From an uncultured Bacteroidia bacterium (GTDB lineage: Bacteria; Bacteroidota; Bacteroidia; Bacteroidales; CAJPTX01), in the NCBI GenBank assembly GCA_965240855.1, contig CBDEMG010000012.1:2307-66306 (forward strand): a DNA stretch of 64,000 bases, written 5' to 3'. Shown here in pieces: positions 10,986 to 21,910 of the stretch. The notes beneath the pieces are model-generated. The model was not told where the DNA came from. It did no database searches and saw nothing but the letters and a program-made list of their open reading frames with translations. The translations under genes were made by a program, and so were the position numbers. Position 1 is the first letter of the stretch, and every line of letters starts with the position of its first letter.

Positions 10986-12897
10986 TGTGTTATGGTTAAT
11001 CGTCTGTTCGTTGCCTCTATTTTCGCAGATGCGACAATATACGATAAAGGATAAAAAAGCGATAGAATATTACGAAAAAGGGCTATCAGAATACCACTAC
11101 GAGTATTATGCTAAGGCACTTAATTCCTTGGAGAAAGCAAAACGTCGCAATGCCAAATTTCTTGAAGCTTACCTTCTTTCTGCACAAATATACGAGACGC
11201 TGCAGCAGTTTGATGAGGCATATATAGAGAATATTAAAGCTTTATCGCTCGATAGTACTTTTTATCCTAAGGTACAGTTGGATGCAGCTCGTATGGCTTA
11301 TTATTCCCAGCAATATGCGCTTGGAGCGGAGTTAGCAGCGCGTTATCTCTTAAAGATAACGCCGTCGGATCGTGGCTATATTAATGCATCGTTGATACAA
11401 CGGAGCTGCTTGTTTGCTATGGAGACAATTAAAAATCCCGTTGCGATACAACCTGTAGCCTTGCCACCCAGTGTAAATACAGTAAACGATGAATACTTCC
11501 CGTCGATAAGTGCGGACGAGCTTACGATATCCGTAACACGATTGTTACCTACGATTTCTCAAGGGCGGCGCGAGGCTATGCAAGAGGATCTTTATCTAGC
11601 CAAGCGTTTGAATCGAGATGATATATGGCAAGAAGCCGAGGATATAGGCGCCCCTGTTTCTACGCCTTACAATGAAGGCTCGCAATCGCTCTCCTCTGAT
11701 GGCAAGCGAATGTACTATTCCTTTTGTAATGGTCCGTGTAAGATCTATTGTTCCACCCTTAATGAGCAGGGGGTGTGGTCAACGCCCGTAGCTCTACCGC
11801 CGACTATCAATGTACCCTACGTGAGTACGAAACAGCCAAGTATATCGGCTGATGGACGGACGCTCTATTTTACGAGCAATCGTCCTGGAGGGTACGGCGG
11901 TTATGATCTTTGGGTGGCGCACCAGAATGAAAAAGGGGAGTGGGGAGAGGTTCGGAATCTCGGAGCAACGATTAATACACCGTGGGAAGAACAGTCGCCT
12001 TTTATTCATTTTGATAACAAAACACTCTATTTCTCGAGCAATGGACATCCTGGACTTGGCGACCTTGATTTGTACAAGACCGAACGACGTAGTCGATCGG
12101 ATACAGTTTGGTCTGAGCCGCGAAATTTAGGTTATCCTATTAATACTCCTGCGACGGATATGGGGCTTGTAGTTGCAGCCTCGGGCGAGAATGCATACTA
12201 CGCATCCTCTCGTAACGAACGTCAAGGGATGGATATCTATACTTTTCGTTTACCCGATTCGCTACGTCCGAGCCCAGTCTCTTACCTCCGAGGCACAGTA
12301 CAAGATGCTACGAATGGCACTCCCTTAGCAGGCGATTGTTTACTAGTAGATCTTACTACAGGGGAGGAGGTAATGCGTGTACAGGCAGATGTGCTAGGTA
12401 ACTTCTTGGTATGTTTGCCCATGGGACGACAGTATGCGTTGTTTGCGAGTTACAAAGGATATTTTGATTACTCGTTACATTTCGATTTTGTTGGTACACA
12501 CAGTGCCAGTGAGCCTTTTCAACAAATAATCGGTCTGATGCCGATACGAACGGGAGTTTCGTTAACCTTGCGTAATGTGTTCTTTGATATAGATGCAGAT
12601 GTATTGAAGCCAGAGTCGCATCTCGAGCTTGATCGGTGGTGCAAAGTGATGCAAGATCGTCCAACTATGCGGATACAGATAGAAGGGCATACGGATAATA
12701 GTGGGAGCGTTGCACATAATTTGCAGCTCTCGGAGCGTCGAGCTCGGAGTGTGATGGAGTATTTGCGCGGTAAGGGAATAGAAGCCTCTCGTCTTTCATG
12801 TAAGGGTTTTGGTGCTAGTAAACCTGCTCAGAGCAACAATAGCGAAGCGGGACGCGCAGCGAATCGACGTACGGAGTGTAGGATTATAGCGCTCTGA
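10966..12897 (+). CDS. OmpA family outer-membrane-associated protein (TPR + PD40/TolB-like repeats + CarboxypepD_reg-like + OmpA domain)
   Basis: There are repeated S.DG..LYF.S.R.GG.G..D(L/I) beta-propeller motifs. The C-terminus carries the OmpA/MotB domain (IEGHTDNSGS..N..LSERRA..V..YL..NRRTE). ATG 10966 overlaps the upstream gene by 20 nt; GTG 10987 is an alternative start. Confidence 0.85.
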   Translation: MVRELVSVLWLIVCSLPLFSQMRQYTIKDKKAIEYYEKGLSEYHYEYYAKALNSLEKAKRRNAKFLEAYLLSAQIYETLQQFDEAYIENIKALSLDSTFYPKVQLDAARMAYYSQQYALGAELAARYLLKITPSDRGYINASLIQRSCLFAMETIKNPVAIQPVALPPSVNTVNDEYFPSISADELTISVTRLLPTISQGRREAMQEDLYLAKRLNRDDIWQEAEDIGAPVSTPYNEGSQSLSSDGKRMYYSFCNGPCKIYCSTLNEQGVWSTPVALPPTINVPYVSTKQPSISADGRTLYFTSNRPGGYGGYDLWVAHQNEKGEWGEVRNLGATINTPWEEQSPFIHFDNKTLYFSSNGHPGLGDLDLYKTERRSRSDTVWSEPRNLGYPINTPATDMGLVVAASGENAYYASSRNERQGMDIYTFRLPDSLRPSPVSYLRGTVQDATNGTPLAGDCLLVDLTTGEEVMRVQADVLGNFLVCLPMGRQYALFASYKGYFDYSLHFDFVGTHSASEPFQQIIGLMPIRTGVSLTLRNVFFDIDADVLKPESHLELDRWCKVMQDRPTMRIQIEGHTDNSGSVAHNLQLSERRARSVMEYLRGKGIEASRLSCKGFGASKPAQSNNSEAGRAANRRTECRIIAL

Positions 12898-13871
12898 TGC
12901 ATACAATGTGTGGCGAGAAAGAGTATAAGAGGGGAGTATATCCTTGGGGAGATACGCGTCCCTTGTATACGTATACAAGATATATCCGTAATATATTTGG
13001 AGCGCGCGTACAAAAATTGGCACTTGATGCTGGTTTCTCGTGTCCTCATCGAGGAGCTGGTCGTTTAGTGGGGGGATGTACATATTGCAACAACGATGCA
13101 TTTAATCCGTCGTATTGTACTCCTTCCAAATCTGTCGCACAACAATTGAGGGAGGGGATAGAATTTCATACGAATCGGTATCGCAGAGCGAGTAGTTATT
13201 TAGCTTATTTTCAAGCATATACTAATACGTTTGCTGGCGTAGATGCGTTACGCAGATTGTTCTCGGAGGCTCTGGCAGTCCCAGGTGTAATAGGTTTAGT
13301 CATCGCTACGCGCCCTGATTGTTTAGCCCCGAGTGTAGTGGAATACCTTGCAGAGCTAGCAAGTGAATATTATGTATTTGTAGAATTGGGGGCAGAGAGT
13401 TCGCATAATAGAACTTTAGAGGCGATACACCGTGGTCATGATGTTGAGACTACGGAGACGGCAGTCAAGATATTGCGGCGCGAGGGGATCTCTGTAGGAG
13501 TTCATCTCATTTGGGGCTTGCCCACAGAGACACGCGAGATGATGTACGAGACGGTATCGTGGGCAAGTGCCTTAGACATTCAGAGTGTAAAATTTCACCA
13601 GTTACAGATTTTGCAAGGCACGCAGATGGCTAATACTTGGCAAGAGAGACCAGAGGAGTTCGCTCTTTTTGATTTAGAAACGTATCTTGACTTCTTAGTT
13701 GGAGTAGTAGTAAGGTTGCGAGCTAGTATAGCGATTGAACGTATCTGTGCAGAAGCGCCTCCGCGTTTTTTGTTAGCACCCAATTGGGGGTTAGTTCGCA
13801 ATGATGAGATTCTACGAAGGTTTGAGGGACTTCTCCTAGCGAGGGGTTGGTATCAAAGTATGGTCTCCTAG
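12897..13871 (+). CDS. Radical SAM protein, TIGR01212 (YhcC-like) family
   Basis: The pattern FGARVQKLALDAGFSCPHR...GGCTYCNN is typical of the family. The start overlaps the upstream stop in a TGATG arrangement. Confidence 0.8.
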   Translation: MHTMCGEKEYKRGVYPWGDTRPLYTYTRYIRNIFGARVQKLALDAGFSCPHRGAGRLVGGCTYCNNDAFNPSYCTPSKSVAQQLREGIEFHTNRYRRASSYLAYFQAYTNTFAGVDALRRLFSEALAVPGVIGLVIATRPDCLAPSVVEYLAELASEYYVFVELGAESSHNRTLEAIHRGHDVETTETAVKILRREGISVGVHLIWGLPTETREMMYETVSWASALDIQSVKFHQLQILQGTQMANTWQERPEEFALFDLETYLDFLVGVVVRLRASIAIERICAEAPPRFLLAPNWGLVRNDEILRRFEGLLLARGWYQSMVS

Positions 13872-13907
13872 ACTCTTACAAATCCAAAAGTGTTTTTCTT
13901 TTTTGCC

Positions 13908-13915
13908 TAATTTTG
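13908..13915 (+). promoter_or_regulatory. Bacteroidota -7 promoter box TAATTTTG upstream of lgt
   Basis: This is an exact TAnnTTTG match, 31 nt upstream of ATG 13947. Confidence 0.45.
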
Positions 13916-13946
13916 CTGCCATGGAGAATAGAAAAAGAGTAGTAGA

Positions 13947-14786
13947 ATGCTTTTAGGTTTTGTAGAGTGGGATGTCTCGCCAGAGCTTGTGCATATTGGG
14001 AAGCTGAGTATACGTTATTATGGCTTGTTGTGGTCGCTCGGCTTGTTGTTAGGTTATTATCTTTTACACCGTTTTGCTAAAGTAGAGAAATTCTCCTCAG
14101 AACTCTCCGATAAGATCGCTCTCTATGCTGCTATCGGAGTCCTTATTGGAGCACGCTTGGGGCATTGTTTGGTGTATGATCCGGTCTATTACCTCTCGAA
14201 CCCTGTAGAGCTATTCTATTTTTGGGAGGGAGGGTTAGCGAGTCATGGTGGAGGCGTAGGAGTACTTTTAGCGCTTTGGATACTCTCGCGTCAAGTAAAA
14301 GTGCCGTTTCTTTGGATAATGGACAGGATCGCTGTTCCGATAGCACTCATTGCTTCTATGATTCGTCTGGGAAATTTGATGAATAGCGAGATCTACGGAC
14401 ATGCTACAACCTCGCCTTTAGGTTTCATTTTTACGCGTGCTGGCGAGACCGTACCGCATCACCCCACACAAATTTATGAGGCTAGTGCTTATTTAGTAGT
14501 CTTTTTTCTTCTCATATTTCTCTATTTCAAACGTCCAGTGATGCGAACCTATCGAGGATTGCTTTTCTCCCTCTTTTTGATTTTGATGTTTACTGCGCGT
14601 TTTCTACTTGAATTTGTGAAAGAACCTCAGAGTTCTTACGAGGTGGGAATGCCTCTTAATATGGGTCAAATATTGAGTATCCCGTTCTTAGTATTTGGTT
14701 TTTATTTGTTGATTCGAGAAATTCGGCGCGGATCTCGCGGAATCTTGGTAATCTCGCTCCCCAAAAAGCTTAAGAAAAGACGTTAA
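13947..14786 (+). CDS. lgt: Prolipoprotein diacylglyceryl transferase
   Basis: It is a multi-pass membrane protein with the Lgt motifs (IRYYGLLW, WEGGLASHGG, HPTQIYE). Confidence 0.92.
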   Translation: MLLGFVEWDVSPELVHIGKLSIRYYGLLWSLGLLLGYYLLHRFAKVEKFSSELSDKIALYAAIGVLIGARLGHCLVYDPVYYLSNPVELFYFWEGGLASHGGGVGVLLALWILSRQVKVPFLWIMDRIAVPIALIASMIRLGNLMNSEIYGHATTSPLGFIFTRAGETVPHHPTQIYEASAYLVVFFLLIFLYFKRPVMRTYRGLLFSLFLILMFTARFLLEFVKEPQSSYEVGMPLNMGQILSIPFLVFGFYLLIREIRRGSRGILVISLPKKLKKRR

Positions 14787-14790
14787 TACC

Positions 14791-15777
14791 ATGCGACATT
14801 GGAGTTATTGCTTCCTGTTTTTTGTAGTGTTATGGCTATACAGTTGTGGTAGTGGGGAGAATTCGTTAACGAATAATACTACGGGCAGGGCTGGTGAGAT
14901 ACTCGTTGTTTCGCCTGTTGATATATCTCGTACTGCGTTGAAGGATACGCTAGAGGCAATTTTACGCTCGGAGTATCCTTATATTCCCCAATCAGAACCG
15001 AGTTTTACCACCATTTATGTCACCGATCGTGCTTTTGGACATGTATTAATGCCTTTCCGTAATATTCTAATGGTGCGTTTCCATGCCGATTCGGTACACC
15101 CTTCACTACGTCGCGAGGCAGATCGTTGGGCTAAAGGACAGCAAATAGTTTATCTGACGGGACGCGATCAACGTTCTGTAGCCACTTTTTTGAGTGCGCA
15201 TCGAGAGCAGTTCTACCAATTGTTTGAACAGATAGAGTGCTCTCGTCTGCAAGAAGCGAATAGAAAAATATTGGAGCCACTCATCTCCGATTCTATTGCG
15301 AAACTCTTTGGTGTGGAGTTGGAGATCCCTAAGGGCTATTTGTTACGAAGAGCTGCAAGAGATTTTCGGTGGTATTCGATCGAGACTCCAGATATAAGTC
15401 AAGGACTACTGATTTACAAGACTCCTCATACAACGGGTATATGGAGGGGGGATACATTGGTAGCTCGTCGTAACAGGTTTACGCGCGAGTATGTACCAGG
15501 ACCGACGCAGGGGACGTACATGGAAGTAGCAGATGTCGTACCTCCGAGCCTAGTTCTCAGTGTGCAAGCAGGCGATACGATCGCTTATTTGCGAGGTTTT
15601 TGGGAAGTGCACGGACATGCAATGGGGGGATCTTATATTAGCTACTCACATTTGAATAAGCGAGGTGATTCGTTGATTACCACTGAGGGTTATATCTATG
15701 CACCACGTTTTGCAAAACGCGATTATATGCGAGCTCTGGATGCGATCTTGTTGACGCAGTTTCGCAAAGAGAGGTAA
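14791..15777 (+). CDS. Lipoprotein of unknown function (DUF4837-like, family recalled from memory)
   Basis: It has a lipoprotein signal peptide with a lipobox (VVLWLYS-C). No catalytic motifs were recognised. Confidence 0.6.
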   Translation: MRHWSYCFLFFVVLWLYSCGSGENSLTNNTTGRAGEILVVSPVDISRTALKDTLEAILRSEYPYIPQSEPSFTTIYVTDRAFGHVLMPFRNILMVRFHADSVHPSLRREADRWAKGQQIVYLTGRDQRSVATFLSAHREQFYQLFEQIECSRLQEANRKILEPLISDSIAKLFGVELEIPKGYLLRRAARDFRWYSIETPDISQGLLIYKTPHTTGIWRGDTLVARRNRFTREYVPGPTQGTYMEVADVVPPSLVLSVQAGDTIAYLRGFWEVHGHAMGGSYISYSHLNKRGDSLITTEGYIYAPRFAKRDYMRALDAILLTQFRKER

Positions 15778-15798
15778 GAGAGCTGGCAATACAAATTT

Positions 15799-15826
15799 GA
15801 CGCGTTTTTTGCTGCGTCTTTTTTTC
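15799..15826 (+). terminator. Intrinsic terminator after the lipoprotein gene
   Basis: The stem GACGC/GCGTC has a 10-nt loop and is followed by T8. Confidence 0.6.
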
Positions 15827-15845
15827 TTGTATTAGAAGAGCAAAA

Positions 15846-17693
15846 ATGGCAGAACAAGTAGTTAGTTATACAGAGGATACTATTCAAACCCTTGAATGGA
15901 ACGAGCATATCCGTCATCGTCCCGGTATGTATATAGGGAAGCTCGGTGATGGAACACAGCCAGATGATGGGATCTATGTACTCCTGAAAGAGGTATTTGA
16001 TAACTCTCTTGATGAGCATATGATGGGTTTTGGCTCTCGTATTGATGTACAAATAGACGTTGCAATGGGGGAGGTTTCTGTACGTGATTTTGGGCGCGGT
16101 ATTCCCCTAGGGAGTTTGGTAGACGTAGCTTCTAAAATGAATACGGGCGCTAAGTACGAGGCGGGTGTATTTACCAAATCGCTCGGTCTCAATGGCGTAG
16201 GGATTAAGGCGGTCAATGCGCTATCATCTAGCTATGTAATCACGAGTTTTCGCGAACAACGTGGAGCTCGTGCTACATTCTCTTGTGGTAAGTTATTAAA
16301 CTTTGAGGAATTTGATGCTCCAGAAGAAAAATCGGGAACCTATACCATATTCCATCCCGATGCAACATTGTTTGTGAACTATAAGTACGATCTCGCCATC
16401 GTACAAACCATGCTTCGTAACTATACGTACTTGAATACGGGATTAACGATCTCGCTCAATGGCGAAGAGTATCGTTCGCGTGGGGGACTTCTTGATTTGC
16501 TTGCAGAGAATATGGTTCGTGATCCTCTTTACGAACCCATACATCTGTTAGGTAAGGATATCGAGATAGCCTTTACACATCGTGATGCGTATGGCGAAGA
16601 TTATTACACTTTTGTGAATGGACAGCATACCTCGCAAGGTGGTACCCACCTCTCGGCTTTTCGCGAGGCACTGGTTCGTACTATAAAAGATTTTTACCAC
16701 AAAGATTTTGAGGCAGAGGATATCCGCATGTCTGTTGTGGGAGCCTTAAGTATACGCGTTCAAGATCCTGTGTTTGAGTCGCAAACAAAGACCAAACTCG
16801 GGAGTAAGGATATGAGTGCTGGGGGATCTACGATTCGTCAATATATAGGAGACTTTGTAAAGGAACACTTAGATAACTATTTGCATAAAAATCCGCTTGT
16901 GGCGGAGAGTTTGTTGCACAAGATACAGGAGAGCGAGCGTGATAGGAAGTCAATGGCAGGAATTCGCAAATTGGCTAAAGAACGAGCTAAAAAATCAGGA
17001 CTCAATAATCCGAAATTGCGCGACTGTAGAGTACATTACAATTCGAACCATGCACAGGCTGGCGAGACGATGATTTTTATCACAGAGGGCGACTCGGCGA
17101 GTGGATCGATCACCAAATCGCGCGATCCCAATCTACAAGCGGTTTTCTCCTTACGTGGTAAGCCCAAAAACACATTTGGCTTGGACAAGAAGATCGTATA
17201 TCAGAACGAGGAATTCAATTTATTGCAAGCCGCTTTGGATATAGAGGACGGGATGGATAATCTCCGCTACAAGAAGGTGATTATAGCAACCGATGCCGAT
17301 GATGATGGGATGCATATCCGCTTACTGCTCGTTACATTCTTTTTACAATTTTTCCCAGATCTCATTCGTCAAGGGCATCTTTACATATTTCAAACGCCCT
17401 TATTTCGGGTGCGTAATAAAAAAGTGACACACTATTGTTATAGTATTGCGGAACGTGATGCTGCAGTAAAGAAATTGGGCGATAAGCCAGAGATTACACG
17501 CTTTAAAGGTCTTGGTGAGATCTCGCCCGATGAATTTAAAAGTTTCCTCGGTGAGGATATCCGTCTGGATCAAGTACGACTCTCGCGCGAAGACTCAATT
17601 AACGAATTATTGAGTTTTTTTATGGGGAATAATACACCTTTTCGGCAGGATTTTATTATTAACAACCTGCGTGTAGAGGAGACGGATATCTAG
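15846..17693 (+). CDS. parE: Type IIA topoisomerase B subunit, ParE-type (topoisomerase IV subunit B)
   Basis: It has a GHKL ATPase N-terminus and TOPRIM motifs ([29 protein letters not shown]). At 615 aa it lacks the long GyrB insertion. Confidence 0.85.
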   Translation: MAEQVVSYTEDTIQTLEWNEHIRHRPGMYIGKLGDGTQPDDGIYVLLKEVFDNSLDEHMMGFGSRIDVQIDVAMGEVSVRDFGRGIPLGSLVDVASKMNTGAKYEAGVFTKSLGLNGVGIKAVNALSSSYVITSFREQRGARATFSCGKLLNFEEFDAPEEKSGTYTIFHPDATLFVNYKYDLAIVQTMLRNYTYLNTGLTISLNGEEYRSRGGLLDLLAENMVRDPLYEPIHLLGKDIEIAFTHRDAYGEDYYTFVNGQHTSQGGTHLSAFREALVRTIKDFYHKDFEAEDIRMSVVGALSIRVQDPVFESQTKTKLGSKDMSAGGSTIRQYIGDFVKEHLDNYLHKNPLVAESLLHKIQESERDRKSMAGIRKLAKERAKKSGLNNPKLRDCRVHYNSNHAQAGETMIFITEGDSASGSITKSRDPNLQAVFSLRGKPKNTFGLDKKIVYQNEEFNLLQAALDIEDGMDNLRYKKVIIATDADDDGMHIRLLLVTFFLQFFPDLIRQGHLYIFQTPLFRVRNKKVTHYCYSIAERDAAVKKLGDKPEITRFKGLGEISPDEFKSFLGEDIRLDQVRLSREDSINELLSFFMGNNTPFRQDFIINNLRVEETDI

Positions 17694-17704
17694 CGAGGGA
17701 TAGT

Positions 17705-18376
17705 ATGCAAACCGAGGAGATCACGATACAAACGACTGCAGATGGTTCTCCAACCCTGTATTCTTTTCGCTTCAATGAAACGTATCACTCGGTTCGAGGG
17801 GCTTTAGCCGAGTCGCGCTATCTTTTTGTAGAGAATGGCCTTGCACAACTCTCCCCCTCTTCTTCTATTCGAATTCTTGAGATTGGCTTTGGGCTAGGAG
17901 TAAATTTCCTAGTTACAGCAGAGTGGTTGCAAGAGCACAAAGATGTATTCTTGGATTACTCGACCTTGGAACTATATCCCGTCTCCGAGTCGATATATAC
18001 TCAGACCACGTTTGGAGTAAGTGATATTGCGTATCAGCTATGGTTGGCAGCGCACAGAGCAGAGTGGAATCGTCTGTGCAAACTCTCGGAGCATCTTACG
18101 ATACACAAACGGCGTGAGGATTTTTTACGGTCTACCTTGCCACAAGATGAATTTCATCTAGTATATTTCGATGCCTTTAGCCCTGCTCGCGTTCCAGAGC
18201 AATGGGAGAGCGCTTTTTTTAAGCGTATTTACGATGCGATGGTTAATGGAGGACTCTTGGTGACTTATAGTGCACAAGGCAAAGTAAAACAAGCGTTGCG
18301 TTCGGTAGGTTTTCTGGTATCGAGGCGTAAAGGAGCGCTGGGTAAGCACCACATGCTTCTGGCTACGAAACCCTAA
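17705..18376 (+). CDS. mnmD: tRNA (mnm5s2U34) methyltransferase, stand-alone MnmD (MnmC methyltransferase domain)
   Basis: TADGSPTLYS..FNETYHS..GALAES..LFVENGL is the characteristic N-terminus, followed by a SAM-MTase fold (ILEIGFGLG, VYFDAFSP). Confidence 0.8.
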   Translation: MQTEEITIQTTADGSPTLYSFRFNETYHSVRGALAESRYLFVENGLAQLSPSSSIRILEIGFGLGVNFLVTAEWLQEHKDVFLDYSTLELYPVSESIYTQTTFGVSDIAYQLWLAAHRAEWNRLCKLSEHLTIHKRREDFLRSTLPQDEFHLVYFDAFSPARVPEQWESAFFKRIYDAMVNGGLLVTYSAQGKVKQALRSVGFLVSRRKGALGKHHMLLATKP

Positions 18377-18462
18377 AGTGCAACTTTCGATAGGCTCTAC
18401 CGTTCTCTAATACATAGGCAGTTGCGTAGTATAATAAAAATCTACAGCATTCCAAAAATGCC

Positions 18463-18470
18463 TACCTTTG
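18463..18470 (+). promoter_or_regulatory. -7 promoter box TACCTTTG upstream of the SPOR gene
   Basis: This is an exact TAnnTTTG match, 38 nt upstream of ATG 18509. It is flanked by an imperfect direct repeat, TCTACAG(C/T)ATT, at 18441 and 18481. Confidence 0.45.
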
Positions 18471-18508
18471 TTAATAATATTCTACAGTATTGGTAAAGAG
18501 AGTCTTAC

Positions 18509-20101
18509 ATGGATTTGTCGTTAATAGAAGAACTAGTACGTCGATATGGTCGTCTGATTTTACCTGAGTTGGGTGCTTTTTTAGTGGATAACTTTGAATC
18601 TGGGTACGCCTTGGAGCGAGTAACGTTTAGTCCTTTTCTTCGCTACAACGACGGGAAATTTGAACAATACCTTGAGATCGATTATGGTTTTTCGCGTCAG
18701 CGCGCCATAGAAGAAGTACGACATTGTGTGGAATATATTCGTTCAGTACTAGAAGCGCAAGGGAAGTGTGAGTTACCCAAACTTGGAGCATTAGTACAAT
18801 CTAGTATCGGACAAATTTCGTTTTTTACTGCTTTGCATAAGCAAGATACTAATACGGTAGAGGGAAGCGAGATATTAACTACATCGGAGCATCCATCGGT
18901 GTCTTTTGATATCCCACTCATCAGTGAGATAGAAAAACCTACGACAGCCACGGTTGGGGGATGTACTACTATATCGGATGGAAGTCTCAGTACGATTACA
19001 ACGCCGCCTATTATAGAGGAAAGGTGTGCTGCCATAGAGTCGGAGAATGTGGAATCAGCAGCAGAGACAGCATTTTCGTTGGACGAGATGCTTTTAGGTG
19101 TGAAAACGACGGAATATGCCACTCCTGCTGTAATTGAGGGCACATCGAGTACAGCAAACGAGAATTTTCTTGATACGATGTTAGCCTCTCCTGTTGAAGC
19201 GAAGTCTAAGGGAGGTTTTGATATCGATACATGTGTGGAAGCATTGGAATCGTTGGAAAAGGCTTCAGGACGTAATGAGGAGACTGGAGTTGAACAAGCC
19301 CCTCCGTCGCAAGATCTTGACGTGAATTGTACAACAGATACTACTGAGCAGACAATATCGCAAGAGAGGTTTGCAACTTATACGGCGCAAGAGAACTTTC
19401 AAAACAAAGAATCAGGTAGCGGAATCCACGTTTCCGAAACAGAAACTACGGGGGTGGAGTCCTCTGCCTTGAACACCCCTTGGGTGGCAACGAGCGTCAC
19501 AAGACCACCGCATAAAAAGCATTTAGGTTTTTGGATATCACTCGTCCTACTCGTTGTTGTAGGGGGTATCGTTAGCGATTTCTTTTGGTTCAAAGAGTTT
19601 ACTCCTTATCTTCTCGCCACGCTAGAAGAGCATGGTATCGTACTGCAAGAGCCGCCTTCTGTAATGCTGAACCCCGTAGCTACTAATACCGTGACGGAAA
19701 CACAGAGTGCAACGCCAGAGGTTGTTGCTTCAACTTCTACACAGTTTGAAAAGGAGTTTCAAGAACGAGTGGCAGAACAAGAGAAAAGTACTCTTAATAA
19801 TAAAGAGCAACTTCCGCAACACCCTAATACACTACAGGAATCATCTAAAGACAAGTTAAGAACTCTCCCAGTATCACCGCGAGGACATTTTTATTTAGTA
19901 TTTGGATGTTTTCGTAGTTCGCTAAATGCTGATAATTACCTTGATGAGACTAAGCGAGCTGGATTCCAGACTCAAATAATAAAGCAAGAGTCGGGGATGC
20001 ATGCGGTTGTTATGGGGGCCTATACTACGCGCATCGAGGCAGCAAGTGTATTGACCACCGTGCGCGATCAATATCCTAATGTATGGATCTTGAAATTATG
20101 A
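18509..20101 (+). CDS. SPOR domain protein with an HU-like N-terminal domain, an acidic low-complexity linker and one TM helix
   Basis: The N-terminus (LPELGAFLV..) resembles HU/CCDC81-type domains. A TM helix (WISLVLLVVVGGIV) is present. The C-terminal SPOR pattern is FYLVFGCF.....A......AGF...I......HAVVMGAY..R.EA. Confidence 0.75.
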   Translation: MDLSLIEELVRRYGRLILPELGAFLVDNFESGYALERVTFSPFLRYNDGKFEQYLEIDYGFSRQRAIEEVRHCVEYIRSVLEAQGKCELPKLGALVQSSIGQISFFTALHKQDTNTVEGSEILTTSEHPSVSFDIPLISEIEKPTTATVGGCTTISDGSLSTITTPPIIEERCAAIESENVESAAETAFSLDEMLLGVKTTEYATPAVIEGTSSTANENFLDTMLASPVEAKSKGGFDIDTCVEALESLEKASGRNEETGVEQAPPSQDLDVNCTTDTTEQTISQERFATYTAQENFQNKESGSGIHVSETETTGVESSALNTPWVATSVTRPPHKKHLGFWISLVLLVVVGGIVSDFFWFKEFTPYLLATLEEHGIVLQEPPSVMLNPVATNTVTETQSATPEVVASTSTQFEKEFQERVAEQEKSTLNNKEQLPQHPNTLQESSKDKLRTLPVSPRGHFYLVFGCFRSSLNADNYLDETKRAGFQTQIIKQESGMHAVVMGAYTTRIEAASVLTTVRDQYPNVWILKL

Positions 20102-20844
20102 GATTTCATTTTGTATACGAAAACGATTTGCCGCCCTTAGGACATGTAGAATTGAAATGGCATGCCTCCGCTTCTACACGGAAATTGATGTTGAAACGTT
20201 TGCGTGTGCAGCCAGCATTGTTGACATACCCTAGCAATTTATCGACCGAAAGAATTCTCAAACTCCTTCCCGAGATTCCACTCTACCTCTACCTAAAGGG
20301 TTTGCAAGAATCGCCAGTTCGTAACCCGATACTTGATGGATATCGGACGCGTAAACATGTAATACATATCGAACAGCGTAAATCGATAAAAACGATAACC
20401 TCTCAGTTTACTTCAGATCATGGTATTTGCCTATTCGTTCCAGAAAACCAAGCGATAGATAGCTACCGAGTACAACGAATAGCCTACGAATATCTATTTC
20501 AATTTTTGCAAGAAGAAGCTTATTCCTTGCTTCGTCCGTATGTGGCGAAGTGTGCACAGACCCTTGGTCTTTCGTATTCGAAGATTAAGATCGGGATGCC
20601 AGCATTGAAGTGGGGGAGTTGCTCTTCGGCAGGTTCGCTAAATTTCTCAGCTTTTGCGATGCTCTTGCCTGATGAGTATTTGCAATATTTGGTCTTGCAC
20701 GAACTGACCCACCTCACCCATTTAAATCATAGTACAGCTTTTTGGACTCTCCTTAGCGAATATCTCGATCGCGATGCACGAGTGGTAGAAGAGGCTTTTA
20801 ATCAGTATAGTTCGCACTCTCTCCCTATCCCCGAATTGTTTTAG
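20098..20844 (+). CDS. YgjP-like (DUF45/WLM) zinc metallopeptidase
   Basis: The HExxH motif is present in HELTHLTHLNHS. ATG 20098 forms an ATGA overlap with the upstream stop; ATG 20083 is an alternative start. Confidence 0.75.
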   Translation: MRFHFVYENDLPPLGHVELKWHASASTRKLMLKRLRVQPALLTYPSNLSTERILKLLPEIPLYLYLKGLQESPVRNPILDGYRTRKHVIHIEQRKSIKTITSQFTSDHGICLFVPENQAIDSYRVQRIAYEYLFQFLQEEAYSLLRPYVAKCAQTLGLSYSKIKIGMPALKWGSCSSAGSLNFSAFAMLLPDEYLQYLVLHELTHLTHLNHSTAFWTLLSEYLDRDARVVEEAFNQYSSHSLPIPELF

Positions 20845-20848
20845 AGTT

Positions 20849-21868
20849 ATGCAGCTAGGTGCTATAGATTTAGGAGCACATCCGTTGCTACTTGCTCCAA
20901 TGGAGGACGTTACAGATCAGTCGTTTCGTCTCCTTTGCAAGCGTTTTGGCGCCGACCTCGTTTATACAGAATTCGTAAATTCTGATGGCTTGATTCGAGG
21001 AGCTGCCAGTAGTCTAGCTAAGCTAGAGCTTGTGGACGAGGAGCGTCCTATTGCAATTCAGCTCTATGGTCAGCATCTCGGGGCGATGGTAGAAGCTGCT
21101 CGTATGGCTTGCGAAGCTTCTCCGGATATCTTGGATCTCAATTTTGGTTGTCCAGTGAAAAAGATAGCAGGTCGAGGTGCAGGTGCAGGAATGTTACGAG
21201 ATATTCCACTCCTACTGCAGATGGTACGCGAGGTGGTACGAGTGGCGAATTGCCCAGTAACAGTAAAAACGCGTTTGGGGTGGGATCAAGATTCTATTTG
21301 TATTGATACGCTTGCAGAGCAACTGCAAGATGAAGGTATTGCAGCACTAACCATTCATGGTCGTACGCGTGCACAGATGTTCACTGGAGTGGCCGATTGG
21401 GATACTATAGCACGAGTGAAAGCGAATCCGCGTATACAGATCCCCATTATTGGAAATGGTGATATAACTACGGTCGAGGCTGCTTCTAAAGCTTTTGAGC
21501 AGTATGGTGTTGATGGCGTGATGATTGGTCGTGCGACCTACGGACGACCATGGATTTTTCGCGATATTAAATATTATCTGCGAACAGGAGAGCGTCTCCC
21601 TAACCCTACATTGGAAGAGAGGGTCGCTATAGCGCAGGAGCATTTACGCCTCTCGTTGAAAGTAAAAGGGGAGGTTCGCGGTGTCTTCGAATTGCGTAGA
21701 CATCTAGGTTGCTATTTCAAAGGTCTTCCCGATTTCAAACCACTGCGCCTTGCACTGCTTACAGAGTGTAATCCTGATAGGATTGCGATACTCTTGGATG
21801 AAATAAAAAAACGCTATGCTGGTTGGCAAGCACAAGAACAGGAGGAAATGAATGCTCCTTGGGAGTAA
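20849..21868 (+). CDS. dusB: tRNA-dihydrouridine synthase
   Basis: Motifs LAPMEDVTD, LNFGCPVKKI and TIHGRTR identify it, together with the C-terminal helical domain. Confidence 0.9.
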   Translation: MQLGAIDLGAHPLLLAPMEDVTDQSFRLLCKRFGADLVYTEFVNSDGLIRGAASSLAKLELVDEERPIAIQLYGQHLGAMVEAARMACEASPDILDLNFGCPVKKIAGRGAGAGMLRDIPLLLQMVREVVRVANCPVTVKTRLGWDQDSICIDTLAEQLQDEGIAALTIHGRTRAQMFTGVADWDTIARVKANPRIQIPIIGNGDITTVEAASKAFEQYGVDGVMIGRATYGRPWIFRDIKYYLRTGERLPNPTLEERVAIAQEHLRLSLKVKGEVRGVFELRRHLGCYFKGLPDFKPLRLALLTECNPDRIAILLDEIKKRYAGWQAQEQEEMNAPWE

Positions 21869-21910
21869 ATATTCTTGTTTTTTTGTAACCTCGTGGAGAA
21901 TAATATAAGA